Positions 1 through 8,690 of a DNA stretch of 50,181 bases are shown here, piece by piece. Position 1 is the first letter of the stretch. Each line of letters starts with the position of its first letter. The position numbers were made by a program, and so were the translations under genes. The DNA lies in the IMG/VR virus record IMGVR_UViG_3300044980_000168, positions 1 through 50,181 of that record; one strand, written 5' to 3'. Below the pieces are notes generated by a model. That model saw only the letters and a program-made list of their open reading frames with translations. It did no database searches and was not told where the DNA came from. Source of the DNA: a virus. Its lineage: Duplodnaviria; Caudoviricetes.

Positions 1-171
1 TACCCAATGGGAACACGTGCCGGGCTGTCGTCCGGGTCGGCCTAGGTGTCACTGGGCTCGGAGGGTGAGGGAATCTAGACGGGTCTGTAACTGCGATCTG
101 TGGTGGTTTCCTCATCGCGCTGGTTCGTGTAAGGGGTTGGAAGTGCCTGGATATTTTTTGAGGAGACGTGC

Positions 172-491
172 ATGAGCCTGACGTGCGAGATGCTCCTGTT
201 GACGAACTGCGACGCCAACGATCCACCGATGCTGAAGCTTCGCGCGTGGTGTGAGGCACATGCGGGAGGACAGCAATTCGAGCCCATCAAGATGGACAGT
301 GCTGGTGGTCGGCGCTTCTACTCGGATGGCGTCTGGGCTTGTTGCGGCAATTATTTCCCGTGGAAGGAACTTGTAGAGGTCTTCCCCCTCTTTGGATCTT
401 TGGATGGGCAATGGTGCCGAACACGTTCTGTGACAGCATGCTGATCATCCGAGGTGAGCAAGAGGAGCATCGCGTCGTGGTGACGGCATGA
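172..491 (+). pseudogene. Small hypothetical phage protein apparently frameshifted by an 8-bp tandem duplication
   Basis: GAGGAG RBS before ATG 172. TCTTTGGA is duplicated at 389-404; removing one copy gives an ORF ending at TGA 489-491, overlapping the polA ATG (ATGA). Confidence 0.6.
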
Positions 492-2452
492 ACGTAATCG
501 CATTCGATACCGAAACCTGTCTCTTCGCACCCGGGCGAATGGCACCGGAGCTTGTTTGCGTGACGTGGCAGCAAGCCTCAGGAACGGGCATAGGCAAGCC
601 GCACATCGTCCATGTAAACGATTCGCTCTGCCTGAGCCTCATCGAAGACTGGCTGACACGACATGGACTGCTTCTCGTCGGCCAAAACGTCGCTTATGAC
701 CTTGCGGTTCTCTGTGCGAAGTGGCCACATCTCGTGCCGCTCGTGTTCGCCAAGTATGACCGAGACGAGATCACGGATACTAAGCTCCGACAGCAGCTCC
801 TGGATATCGCGGCCGGGGAGTTCCGAGGGTACCTGAAGATCTTCGCCAAAGAGGTCCCCATCCTAGATGAGGACGGCAAGCCGACCGAAGACATGCATCT
901 CGTCAAAGGCGCGCGTTTTATCCCGCACAAGTACGACCTGGACGCGCTGCTTTACCGTGCTTCCGGCCGAAGGCTGGACAAGGATACCTGGAGACTTCGT
1001 TACGGAGAGTTCTTGAACGTACCTCTGGACGATTGGCCCGAAGGTGCCCGGATCTATCCTCTGGAGGATGCTCGCGCTACCTTGGAAGTTTTCTTGAAGC
1101 AGGAAGAGCACGTCTCATTCATCCCCGACCAGTTCCGTCAGGCCCGGGCTGCGTGGGCGCTTCATCTGACGAGCGTGTGGGGTCTACGCACGCACGGGCC
1201 CAGCGTCGATAAGCTCGAGCTCGAAACGCTCGGCGCGCTGGCGGAGATAGAAGACGGTTTGAAGGATGTTGGGTTGGTGAGGAGGGCACCCGGAACGAAA
1301 GCAGACGGCACCCGTAATCTCAAGGCCGCTCGTGAGCGAATGGTCCGGGTTTGCGAGGAGCAGGGCAAGCCCGTTCGCCTGACGGACAAGGGTGGGGTCT
1401 CCTTGGACGCGGATGCGTGCGAGGCCTCGGGCGACGATCTCTTGGAAGATTACGCCGAGCTTACATCGCTCAAGACCGTCTTGAAGAAAGACATCCCCGT
1501 TTTGAAGGCAGGTGTGGAGCTGCCGGTGCATACGTCTTTCGGTATGGCGGCTTCGGGACGTACCACGTCAAGCAAGCCGAACGTGCAGAACGTCAGGAGG
1601 CTCCCAGGAATTCGAGAGGTCTTCATTCCAAGGCCGGGCAAGATCTTCGCCCAGGGCGATTACACCGGCATGGAGATGTACACTTTGGCCCAGGTGTGTC
1701 TGAAGCTCTTTGGGCAAAGTGAGCTAGCTCGCGTTCTGAACGAAGGACTGGATGCCCATACGGACCTGGCCTCGATCATCCTTGGAATCTCCTATGAAGA
1801 AGGGATGCGTCGGAAGAAGCTCGGGAACGATGAGGTTTTCAACAACGCCAGGCAGACGGCCAAGGTGGCGAACTTTGGGTTCGGTGGTGGTCTTGGGGCG
1901 GACAACCTGGTCATCTTCGCATGGAAGGAATATCAGGTACGTTTGACAGTGCCAGAAGCCAAGAAACTCAAGGCGACTTGGCTCGAGCGTTGGCCTGAGA
2001 CGAAGCTCTTCTTCGAGCACAATGGCAACCTTGTGGCCGAGGATGAAAGTGGCGGTCAGGGAAAGGGCGTCCTGAAGCAGCTCTTCTCGGATCGCTGGCG
2101 AGGTGGGGCTTCCTTCTGTGCTCTCTGTAATTCATGGTTTCAAGGACTTGCAAGCGACGCTGCGAAGCGAGCTCTCTACTTGGTGGTTCGGGCTTGCTAC
2201 GCCGAATCCTCCTCCGTCCTGTACGGCTCACGTCCGGTCAATTTCGTCCACGACGAAATCATCCTAGAGACGGACGATAATTCGAAGGCACATGACGTTG
2301 CGATGGAACTTGGCCGCGTGATGGTTGTCGGCGCTAATGAGTTTCTTCCGGATGTTCCGGCGAGGGTTGAGCCGCTCCTGGCTCGATGCTGGTCCAAGAA
2401 TGCCAAGCCCAGATTTGGGCCTGATGGGAGGTTAGTTCCGTGGTCACCGTAA
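488..2452 (+). CDS. polA: DNA polymerase family A with 3'-5' exonuclease domain
   Basis: Exo I AFDTET, Exo II GQNVAYD, Exo III YPLED; GRTTSSKPNVQN; motif A GDYTGMEM, motif B RQTAKVANFG, motif C VHDE. Confidence 0.95.
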   Translation: MNVIAFDTETCLFAPGRMAPELVCVTWQQASGTGIGKPHIVHVNDSLCLSLIEDWLTRHGLLLVGQNVAYDLAVLCAKWPHLVPLVFAKYDRDEITDTKLRQQLLDIAAGEFRGYLKIFAKEVPILDEDGKPTEDMHLVKGARFIPHKYDLDALLYRASGRRLDKDTWRLRYGEFLNVPLDDWPEGARIYPLEDARATLEVFLKQEEHVSFIPDQFRQARAAWALHLTSVWGLRTHGPSVDKLELETLGALAEIEDGLKDVGLVRRAPGTKADGTRNLKAARERMVRVCEEQGKPVRLTDKGGVSLDADACEASGDDLLEDYAELTSLKTVLKKDIPVLKAGVELPVHTSFGMAASGRTTSSKPNVQNVRRLPGIREVFIPRPGKIFAQGDYTGMEMYTLAQVCLKLFGQSELARVLNEGLDAHTDLASIILGISYEEGMRRKKLGNDEVFNNARQTAKVANFGFGGGLGADNLVIFAWKEYQVRLTVPEAKKLKATWLERWPETKLFFEHNGNLVAEDESGGQGKGVLKQLFSDRWRGGASFCALCNSWFQGLASDAAKRALYLVVRACYAESSSVLYGSRPVNFVHDEIILETDDNSKAHDVAMELGRVMVVGANEFLPDVPARVEPLLARCWSKNAKPRFGPDGRLVPWSP

Positions 2453-2958
2453 AACCCTTCGCCCCCCAACAGGGCTCACCCGTCCCACAAAAGTTCCATG
2501 GGGACAGATGGGACGTTTCTATTGATCCGGGGGCCCATACTGGGTGGGCACTGTTCGTCACGCACCATGGCGTGTTCGGTAAGCGGGACATTGAGTTGGC
2601 TGCATGTGGCGTAGGTAGGCCTCCTTTTGGGGACCAAGTCGTCATCGAGTTGCCCCAGGCTTATCCTTCCTCTCCTGTGCCTACGAACGATCTGATTACG
2701 CTGGCGTTTTTGGCGGGTCGCCTTCTTTCCCATGCGCACGCGCCGCGTAACGGCGAAGGCGCCAGCCTCGTCCGCCCACACGATTGGAAGGGAAACCTCC
2801 CCAAGGGCATCTGCGCCGCGCGTGTTATCCAGAAGCTTTCCTCCGATGAGATTCGGGTGGTGAACGAAGCGGAGCGTGAGGTTCCGAAGGGTCAGCGATT
2901 CGATATGCTCGACGCGATAGGGATCGGCTTGTATGCCTTCCGGGGGGTGAAGCTGTGA
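2440..2958 (+). CDS. RuvC-like Holliday junction resolvase
   Basis: SIDPGAHTGW, VVIELPQ, VRPHDWKG and DMLDAIGIG motifs; directly after PolA. Confidence 0.85.
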   Translation: MVTVKPFAPQQGSPVPQKFHGDRWDVSIDPGAHTGWALFVTHHGVFGKRDIELAACGVGRPPFGDQVVIELPQAYPSSPVPTNDLITLAFLAGRLLSHAHAPRNGEGASLVRPHDWKGNLPKGICAARVIQKLSSDEIRVVNEAEREVPKGQRFDMLDAIGIGLYAFRGVKL

Positions 2959-3026
2959 CCAAAGACGAACGATATGAACGGGAAGCCCCTCCTTGGGGCT
3001 CGATGCTCCTATGTGCCGCAGCGCTC

Positions 3027-3533
3027 CTAGTGTGCGCGCTCAATTTCGGCGAATGTGGCAGGGGCGGCAACGGTTGTGGCGACGTCGGCTGTAACCGACC
3101 TAGGCGGCTCGAACCCCATCAGATACAAGTCCGCCCTGTCAATTCGATGGGCCACGAGATCGCCGCAAGGAATCTGTCCTCCAGGCACGTTCACCATCAC
3201 GTTCGCCGACCGGCAGCCACAATACCCCAGCATGCCTTGGCTGCGCATCCTACGGAGAGCTTCCTTCGCTCCATAATCCATCGCAGGTGGCATAACTTGC
3301 CATGGCCCGAGCTCGCCTTGCTTCCCCTTCGCGTCCCTTCTGAACCCACTTTCAAGGGCGGCGATGTTCATGAGGCGTAACATTTCTTGGGCTGTTGCAT
3401 TCATGGAATCTTCGAGCGCTGCAACCTCCGCAGCATCTAGCCACATGTCACGAGCCTGCTCTCCGGCAAGTTTGGGCCAAAAAGCAAGTACGAAAGCAAC
3501 GAGGTATAGGACCACGGGCACGCGTTTTAGCAT
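3027..3533 (-). CDS. Lytic transglycosylase (SLT/lysozyme-like) with N-terminal hydrophobic segment
   Basis: IAALESGF...A.GKQGELGPWQVMP matches SLT motifs I and II; hydrophobic N-terminus VPVVLYLVAFVLAFW. Confidence 0.75.
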   Translation of the reverse strand: MLKRVPVVLYLVAFVLAFWPKLAGEQARDMWLDAAEVAALEDSMNATAQEMLRLMNIAALESGFRRDAKGKQGELGPWQVMPPAMDYGAKEALRRMRSQGMLGYCGCRSANVMVNVPGGQIPCGDLVAHRIDRADLYLMGFEPPRSVTADVATTVAAPATFAEIERAH

Positions 3534-3548
3534 GGACAGGTGGGGACA

Positions 3549-3806
3549 ATGAACGGCACCGTGAACGGCAAGCCGATCCCCGAGGAGGTCACGGCCGACT
3601 GGACGGCGATGGAATCGATCCGCTGCAAGCAGGTCGCGGACTTCATCGCCAGGTGGCCGAACTTTCGCCAGCTCGCTGCGTATGGATTGCTCGTCGAGGC
3701 CATCGCGGTCTGCGACACGTTTGGCGTCAATGTCGAGGACTTCGTCGCGAAGCTTCGCAAGGCCGAGCCGAAGTTACCGATCCTCCTGCCGCCGAGGTCG
3801 TCATGA
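3549..3806 (+). CDS. Hypothetical protein
   Basis: Protein-like ORF, ATGA-coupled to the next gene. Confidence 0.65.
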   Translation: MNGTVNGKPIPEEVTADWTAMESIRCKQVADFIARWPNFRQLAAYGLLVEAIAVCDTFGVNVEDFVAKLRKAEPKLPILLPPRSS

Positions 3807-4027
3807 CCGCCCCCCGCAAGTCCCTCGGCACGTCGCCCAAGCCCCCGCAGTCGCGCGCGCATCACTCAAGGGCGGCCAAGCTGGAAGTGACGCGGCTCGA
3901 GCTGGAAGAGGCAGCGCGGGAACTGGCCCGAGCCTGGTCACACGAAGGCAGCTGGCCTGCGGCGCGAGAACGCATACGCATCGCGTCGCTCGCCTTCGCC
4001 CGGCTCTCGCCGAAGGGGGCGCTGTGA
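3803..4027 (+). CDS. Hypothetical protein
   Basis: GAGG RBS, ATGA and GTGA overlaps at both ends (MTAPRKSLG...). Confidence 0.6.
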   Translation: MTAPRKSLGTSPKPPQSRAHHSRAAKLEVTRLELEEAARELARAWSHEGSWPAARERIRIASLAFARLSPKGAL

Positions 4028-4611
4028 AGCCGATGCACGTGGTGCCGTGCTCCGCATGTCGGGGGACCGGCAGCGCTGGTCCGTGTGGCTGCATGCATTG
4101 CGACGGCATCGGCGGGCTCTTGGCGGACTGCGAAGACCCGGCGCTGGCCGACCTACGCGCCCAGCTCGCGGTCGCCGAGGCTCGGGTGCGGAAACTGGAG
4201 TCTCAGGGGCCTTCGGCCGAGCGAGTAGAGCAGGCCATCCGAGACGCGTGCGAGTACACCGACTTGCGGACTGCGGTGAAGGCAGCAGAACAGCGCGCCA
4301 CCCTCGCGGAGTCGCGCCTGGCGGACGCGGTGCGGCAGGTAGCGGAGCTGGAGGGACGAGGCGCGCCACATTGGACGCACTACAAGGCCAGACTGGAAGC
4401 AGCCGAGTCGCGCCTGTCACTGGCGGTGGCGATGCTGGAGGAGTGCATCGGGGACATCGACTCTGACGAGGGGCTCTACGAGTGGGGCTTGTATGCCTAT
4501 CGCGACCCGCCGCCAGAGCAGGAAGTGTGGACCGGGAAGGCGCAGGAACTAATCGACCGGGCCCGCGCCCTACTCGAGGAACTGAAGGAGAAACAATGCT
4601 TATCCGGTTGA
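4024..4611 (+). CDS. DnaJ-type CxxCxGxG zinc-finger plus coiled-coil protein
   Basis: CSACRGTG and CMHCDGIG followed by heptad-rich helix; GTG start overlaps the upstream stop. Confidence 0.65.
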   Translation: MKPMHVVPCSACRGTGSAGPCGCMHCDGIGGLLADCEDPALADLRAQLAVAEARVRKLESQGPSAERVEQAIRDACEYTDLRTAVKAAEQRATLAESRLADAVRQVAELEGRGAPHWTHYKARLEAAESRLSLAVAMLEECIGDIDSDEGLYEWGLYAYRDPPPEQEVWTGKAQELIDRARALLEELKEKQCLSG

Positions 4612-4629
4612 CACACCAATGAGGTCCTC

Positions 4630-5073
4630 ATGAGCGTAAAGAGGCTAATCCGTAAGTTACCTGCGTTACCAGATCCGGACGACTACGTGTTCATTCAGGG
4701 TATGCGCGAATGGTTGGCGCATTGGCCCGAAGGGCGACCTAGCGTACCAATACAGATCGAGTCATTGAGGAGGCTACTGGCGCTCGCAAGGCCCGGTCCG
4801 CTTGGTATAACGACCGGGCTTGTCATCGTGGTGGATGGGCATGATGTAAAAGTGCCGCCGATTCGCTATCCGTACGAGCACAAGCCCCCCGCTGGAAAAC
4901 ACTGGATGACCGGGGCGATGATCAAAGCGGCATCCGGCACCCCCACGTCGAACAGTCTCTATAGAGAATCGGAGACGTCATGCGACGAACCGGACGACTT
5001 CATCGGCGACGGCGCCTTGCTGGTCATCGAAGGAGGCGAGCGGTTTCACACTGTTCCGCCCGCAACGTTCTAA
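4630..5073 (+). CDS. Protein with C-terminal multiubiquitin-like (beta-grasp) domain ending PPATF (no terminal Gly)
   Basis: VIVVDG...MTGAMIKAASG.P..NSLYRE...PDDFIGD...IEGGERFHTVPPATF fits the bacterial multi-ubiquitin pattern; GAGG RBS. Confidence 0.7.
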   Translation: MSVKRLIRKLPALPDPDDYVFIQGMREWLAHWPEGRPSVPIQIESLRRLLALARPGPLGITTGLVIVVDGHDVKVPPIRYPYEHKPPAGKHWMTGAMIKAASGTPTSNSLYRESETSCDEPDDFIGDGALLVIEGGERFHTVPPATF

Positions 5074-5106
5074 GTGTGCATGAACCGGATAAGCATGGGA
5101 GAAACC

Positions 5107-6027
5107 ATGAGTGACGGCGTGCGATGGGCGATACGGGAATCTATGCCGGGAAGGGACGGGCCTTGGCTGCAGGACTACTCGCTCATTGAGGGGCCAACTG
5201 TTGGTCAGCCGGCCAGCGAACGCATGACGTGGGGCAACCGGCACACTGCACGGGTTACGGTGCGATTTCTGAACGTGTCAACGAACAACCACTACAAACT
5301 CATCCGCCTGACCCGCAAGCCCCGGGGGCCTCGGGTGGACCCAGGCAACGGGCTGCCGCACGAGACAACCGGCGGCAAGGATGCGTTGCAATGGCGCGCG
5401 GAGGCCTTTGCCGCCGAAGCCCGCGCCACCGAGGCGGAGGGTAAGCTGGTGTCCTTGACCGAGAACGAGCTGCCTATCCTGCGGAGCGCCAATGCCGCGC
5501 TCAAGGCCGAGGTGGAGCGACTACGCGAAGAGCTGAAGTCGGCCAGTCAGGAGGACGTGGTACGCGTGGGCTCGCGTCTCTGGCGGTGCGAGCTGGAACT
5601 GGATAAGGCACGTGCGGAGCGTCAGCCGGAGCTAGCTCGGGTCGCAAACCTGAACTATGCGAACGGCCGCCGCGTCGCGCTAGATGAGGTGCGTCAGAGC
5701 ATCGCCGCCCGCATCGCCGAGACGGGGCCGGGGGAGCGGGTGCCGAGTGCGCAGGGAACGGGATGGGAGCGCGATGGGTCCGGCGCGTGGTTCGCGTCAT
5801 GCTGCACCCCGCCCCCCGAGCCGGCCGCGGTGTTCGATCCGCCGCTGCACGAGGTCACGATGCGCGATGGGACGAAGCGCGCGACGATCACGCACGCCGA
5901 CAAGATGCGACGAGACGCTGACCGGGCAGCCGCAGCCGATCCGGCCGCGAAGCCGGTGTGCTGCTGCGATCCGAGGCAACTCGGTCACCACGGTATCTGC
6001 CCCCTCGCCAAGCGGGCCGGCTCGTGA
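5107..6027 (+). CDS. Mosaic hypothetical protein with coiled coil and C-terminal Cys/His motif
   Basis: Long ORF, coiled-coil heptads, CCCDP...HHGIC terminus. Confidence 0.6.
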   Translation: MSDGVRWAIRESMPGRDGPWLQDYSLIEGPTVGQPASERMTWGNRHTARVTVRFLNVSTNNHYKLIRLTRKPRGPRVDPGNGLPHETTGGKDALQWRAEAFAAEARATEAEGKLVSLTENELPILRSANAALKAEVERLREELKSASQEDVVRVGSRLWRCELELDKARAERQPELARVANLNYANGRRVALDEVRQSIAARIAETGPGERVPSAQGTGWERDGSGAWFASCCTPPPEPAAVFDPPLHEVTMRDGTKRATITHADKMRRDADRAAAADPAAKPVCCCDPRQLGHHGICPLAKRAGS

Positions 6028-6512
6028 GCCGGACGACGGTTTCCGCTACTTCTCGGCGATCGGAAGCAACGGCAAGAACTGATCGAGATGGGCTGTCCAC
6101 GCGATGTCCCGTGGGAGATGGTTGCGAAGTTCGAAGCCGACTGTCGGCGCAACCACGACCAGTCCGTCGAGCGGATCGCCGAGCGTGGCGGGCTCGACCC
6201 GTGGGAGCTGATGGCCGTCGTGCAAGGCAAGGGATGGCGAGAGGTATCGCAGACGCCCGCGCACGTTGTCGTCGACTGGATCAAGACGGCCAGTGGGAAG
6301 AAACGGACGTGTCGATCCTCCGAGCCAACCTCGCCGCCCTCACGGCCGAGCGCGACGCCCTGCGCGGGCTGGTGGCAGAGATGGTGCAGGCAATCCGGAC
6401 CGGCCATGCCGCGCGCAAGAAGTCGCTGCTATGCGCTACGCCATGCGTGTGGTGCGATCTACCGGAACGCCCCGACGTCCGCGCGTGCATCGATGCGAAG
6501 GAGGGCAAGTGA
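6024..6512 (+). CDS. Hypothetical protein; conserved-looking PW...RNH.Q...ERGGL domain lies in another frame (two compensating frameshifts)
   Basis: Start and C-terminal coiled coil/CxxxCxxC are in one frame; RRFPLL..PRDVPWEMV..RNHDQSVERIAERGGL is in the +1 frame (6028-~6290). Confidence 0.5.
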   Translation: MSRTTVSATSRRSEATARTDRDGLSTRCPVGDGCEVRSRLSAQPRPVRRADRRAWRARPVGADGRRARQGMARGIADARARCRRLDQDGQWEETDVSILRANLAALTAERDALRGLVAEMVQAIRTGHAARKKSLLCATPCVWCDLPERPDVRACIDAKEGK

Positions 6513-6715
6513 TGACGTTCACGTTCTCGATCGACGTGCTGTACGCAGTCAAGTGGCTCGTCGTGGCGACGTATCTGTTTGTCAGCGGCTGGATGATGTC
6601 CCAGTATCGCGACTGCGGCTTCGGATTGCAGCTGCTGATCACGGTCACGTGGCCGATCATGTATCCGGCGCGATGGATGTGGTTGGCATGGTTGTGGACT
6701 TGGAGGAAGACATGA
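6512..6715 (+). CDS. Small two-TM membrane protein
   Basis: GGAGG RBS, TGATG coupling, hydrophobic Trp-rich sequence. Confidence 0.7.
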   Translation: MTFTFSIDVLYAVKWLVVATYLFVSGWMMSQYRDCGFGLQLLITVTWPIMYPARWMWLAWLWTWRKT

Positions 6716-7012
6716 CCGCCCCTATGCTGCGAGCGATGGCCACGGAGCTGGGGCGGGAGGCATGTGCGGCCTACACGCAGGCGCTCTGTCTCATGCTTCC
6801 ACATGACCCGCGAGAGGATGAAGTGACGGTGATCCATCGGGTCACCGTCGAGATGGCGACCGCACCGGGCCATCGCCTTGCTGCGATTCTTCGAGTCGCG
6901 AGGACTCGATGCGTGCAGAGATGGGACCGAATGCGCGGCCTGCGGCGAGAAGCCACACGATCCCGACTGCGCCCTCGCCTCCCTCCTGCGGCCGGGGGCG
7001 GGGCGACCCTAG
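6712..7012 (+). pseudogene. Hypothetical protein, probable 1-nt frameshift near 6890
   Basis: GGAGG RBS. A CAACG..PHDPDCALASLL motif and a stop abutting the convergent endolysin stop lie in the shifted frame. Confidence 0.45.
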
Positions 7013-7599
7013 GCGCTGGGCGGCTCGTAGTCGGCCCGCACGTCGAGGGTAGTCGTCGCTAGGACGGCCATGTCTACCGGGTCGGGTAGCTCGGGCTCGG
7101 TGACCGCGACGTCGCCCCCAAGCAGGGCGAGGTAGTAGGCCTGCCAGCGCTCGACGCCGGCCGCGTATGCGGCCTCTGGGGCTGTATAGTAGCCCCTCTG
7201 GCGCAGCCCCGCCGCGAAGGCTTGGGCATCCCCCGCCACGGCCGCCGACCACGCCTCGGGCCAGTGGGAGGCCAAGGCGTGCAGGTAGTACTGGCACCCG
7301 ATCTGGAGGCTGGGCCACGCGCTGAAGTCGCAGTCCTGCGCCACGGGGGCGGGCGGGTTGCCCTGCCACTCGGTCGTGCGGAAGGTGCAGTAGTTCTCGC
7401 TGCACCCACGCTTGAAGTTACCCACATTGAAGCAGATGCAACTCTTGCCGTTGGCGGTCTCCAGGGCGATCTGGGCGAGGAGCACCGCGAGGGTGTGATG
7501 CGCCGCCTCGTGCCCCATCTCGGCCACGTATGCGTGGTCGAGCGCCGCGATGATGGTGGCGGGGGTGAACGGGGTCGTGAGGGCGGCGACTTGGGTCAC
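7009..7599 (-). CDS. Endolysin, GH73/FlgJ-like glucosaminidase/muramidase
   Basis: LAQIALETANG...FNVGNFK, RTTEW, FSAWPSL, GYYTA motifs; at the end of the late operon. Confidence 0.8.
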   Translation of the reverse strand: MTQVAALTTPFTPATIIAALDHAYVAEMGHEAAHHTLAVLLAQIALETANGKSCICFNVGNFKRGCSENYCTFRTTEWQGNPPAPVAQDCDFSAWPSLQIGCQYYLHALASHWPEAWSAAVAGDAQAFAAGLRQRGYYTAPEAAYAAGVERWQAYYLALLGGDVAVTEPELPDPVDMAVLATTTLDVRADYEPPSA

Positions 7600-7973
7600 G
7601 GCCTATCCGTCCAAGCCACAAACCGCTTGCACCCGTCGACCTGACTGCAATGGGTCGGCTCTGGCGAGCCCACAGCGTGGGTGTGGCCCTGGTGCAACGA
7701 TAGCGAGTGGCCGCACTCGCAGAGCGTGGCAGCATCGAGGATCTCCCGCACTGCCGCGAATGGGCTCGGGGTCATGCGGCGGGGGATGGCGGGGGACGTG
7801 GGCGGCTCGGTCGCCCGAATGATGGCGAGTGCGGCCCGGACTTTCGGGTGCGCTTCCTGCGCGGGCCAGTTGCCCGATCCGCCTGACCATCCGGTGATGT
7901 CGTCAAGCGCTACATGCGCCCGCTCGAGAGCCGCGATGCCATCGGCAAGATGCTGCTCCCAGTCCTGGCTCAT
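7596..7973 (-). CDS. Hypothetical protein with C-terminal Cys/His zinc-binding motif
   Basis: LCECGHSLSLH...C....C..F; coupled overlaps. Confidence 0.65.
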   Translation of the reverse strand: MSQDWEQHLADGIAALERAHVALDDITGWSGGSGNWPAQEAHPKVRAALAIIRATEPPTSPAIPRRMTPSPFAAVREILDAATLCECGHSLSLHQGHTHAVGSPEPTHCSQVDGCKRFVAWTDRP

Positions 7974-8158
7974 TCGCTTCGCTCCTCGTCCACGGCGTTT
8001 CGGAGGCCCCGGGCGAGGTCGGCCTGGAGGGCGGCGTCCGGCTCAACGGGTCCAGCGGCCAGCAACGACGGAGCAGGCTCCGCAGCCAAGCACCAGGCAA
8101 GCGCTTCCTCTCGGGAGAACTTCACCACATCGAACCGGCCGCGGGTGTCGGGATCCAT
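7970..8158 (-). CDS. Hypothetical protein
   Basis: ATGA-coupled small ORF in the late operon. Confidence 0.55.
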   Translation of the reverse strand: MDPDTRGRFDVVKFSREEALAWCLAAEPAPSLLAAGPVEPDAALQADLARGLRNAVDEERSE

Positions 8159-8167
8159 GCCGCTATC

Positions 8168-8365
8168 CTACCACGAGCGTCGGTGCTCGCCCCAGCTTCC
8201 CAGCCCAACCGGGTAGCCCAGGAACGCGCCGAGGATGTAGAGCACGCATGCCACAACCACCACCACGCGGATCAATTTCACCACGGTCGGGTCGAGCGGG
8301 AACTGAGTCACGGCCCACAAAATGAGGCCTGCGAGCACAAGGGCGATGAGGATTGATAGGAGCAT
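8168..8365 (-). CDS. Small two-TM membrane protein (Thivi_2564-like); holin candidate
   Basis: MLLSILIALVLAGLILWAV..FPLDP.VVKLIRVVVVVACVLYIL pattern. Confidence 0.7.
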   Translation of the reverse strand: MLLSILIALVLAGLILWAVTQFPLDPTVVKLIRVVVVVACVLYILGAFLGYPVGLGSWGEHRRSW

Positions 8366-8381
8366 GCGGCAGGGGAGGCAA

Positions 8382-8690
8382 CTAGGATGCCGGGCCCAAT
8401 TCAATGTCCTCGATGATCCCGAGGATCTTCGCGTCGAAGTCACGCCGTACCTGGGCGAGGTCCTTCTTCGCCAGCGCATCCTTGAGCGCAAGGCCGACGA
8501 ATTCGAACACCTGGAGCGCGTAGGGCGCGGCGATCTCCTCAGCCGTATCGCCGCTCGCTAGCTTGCGCATCACGGAGCTGAAGCCCTGTTCAGCCAGGTC
8601 TAACACGACGAGCAGATAGGCCGGTACATCGCCGGCAAGCGCCTCTTCGATCGCCCCCACCACGGTTCCGTCTTCCTCGGGATCAGTCAT
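8382..8690 (-). CDS. Hypothetical protein in lysis region
   Basis: GGAGG RBS before ATG 8690; acidic helical protein. Confidence 0.65.
   Translation of the reverse strand: MTDPEEDGTVVGAIEEALAGDVPAYLLVVLDLAEQGFSSVMRKLASGDTAEEIAAPYALQVFEFVGLALKDALAKKDLAQVRRDFDAKILGIIEDIELGPAS

Noticed and set aside
1-171. Terminal repeat or circular overlap with the window end
   Set aside because: No match to the 3' end. The window ends inside a low-complexity repeat, and SSB/exonuclease genes were not seen, so the genome is probably incomplete.
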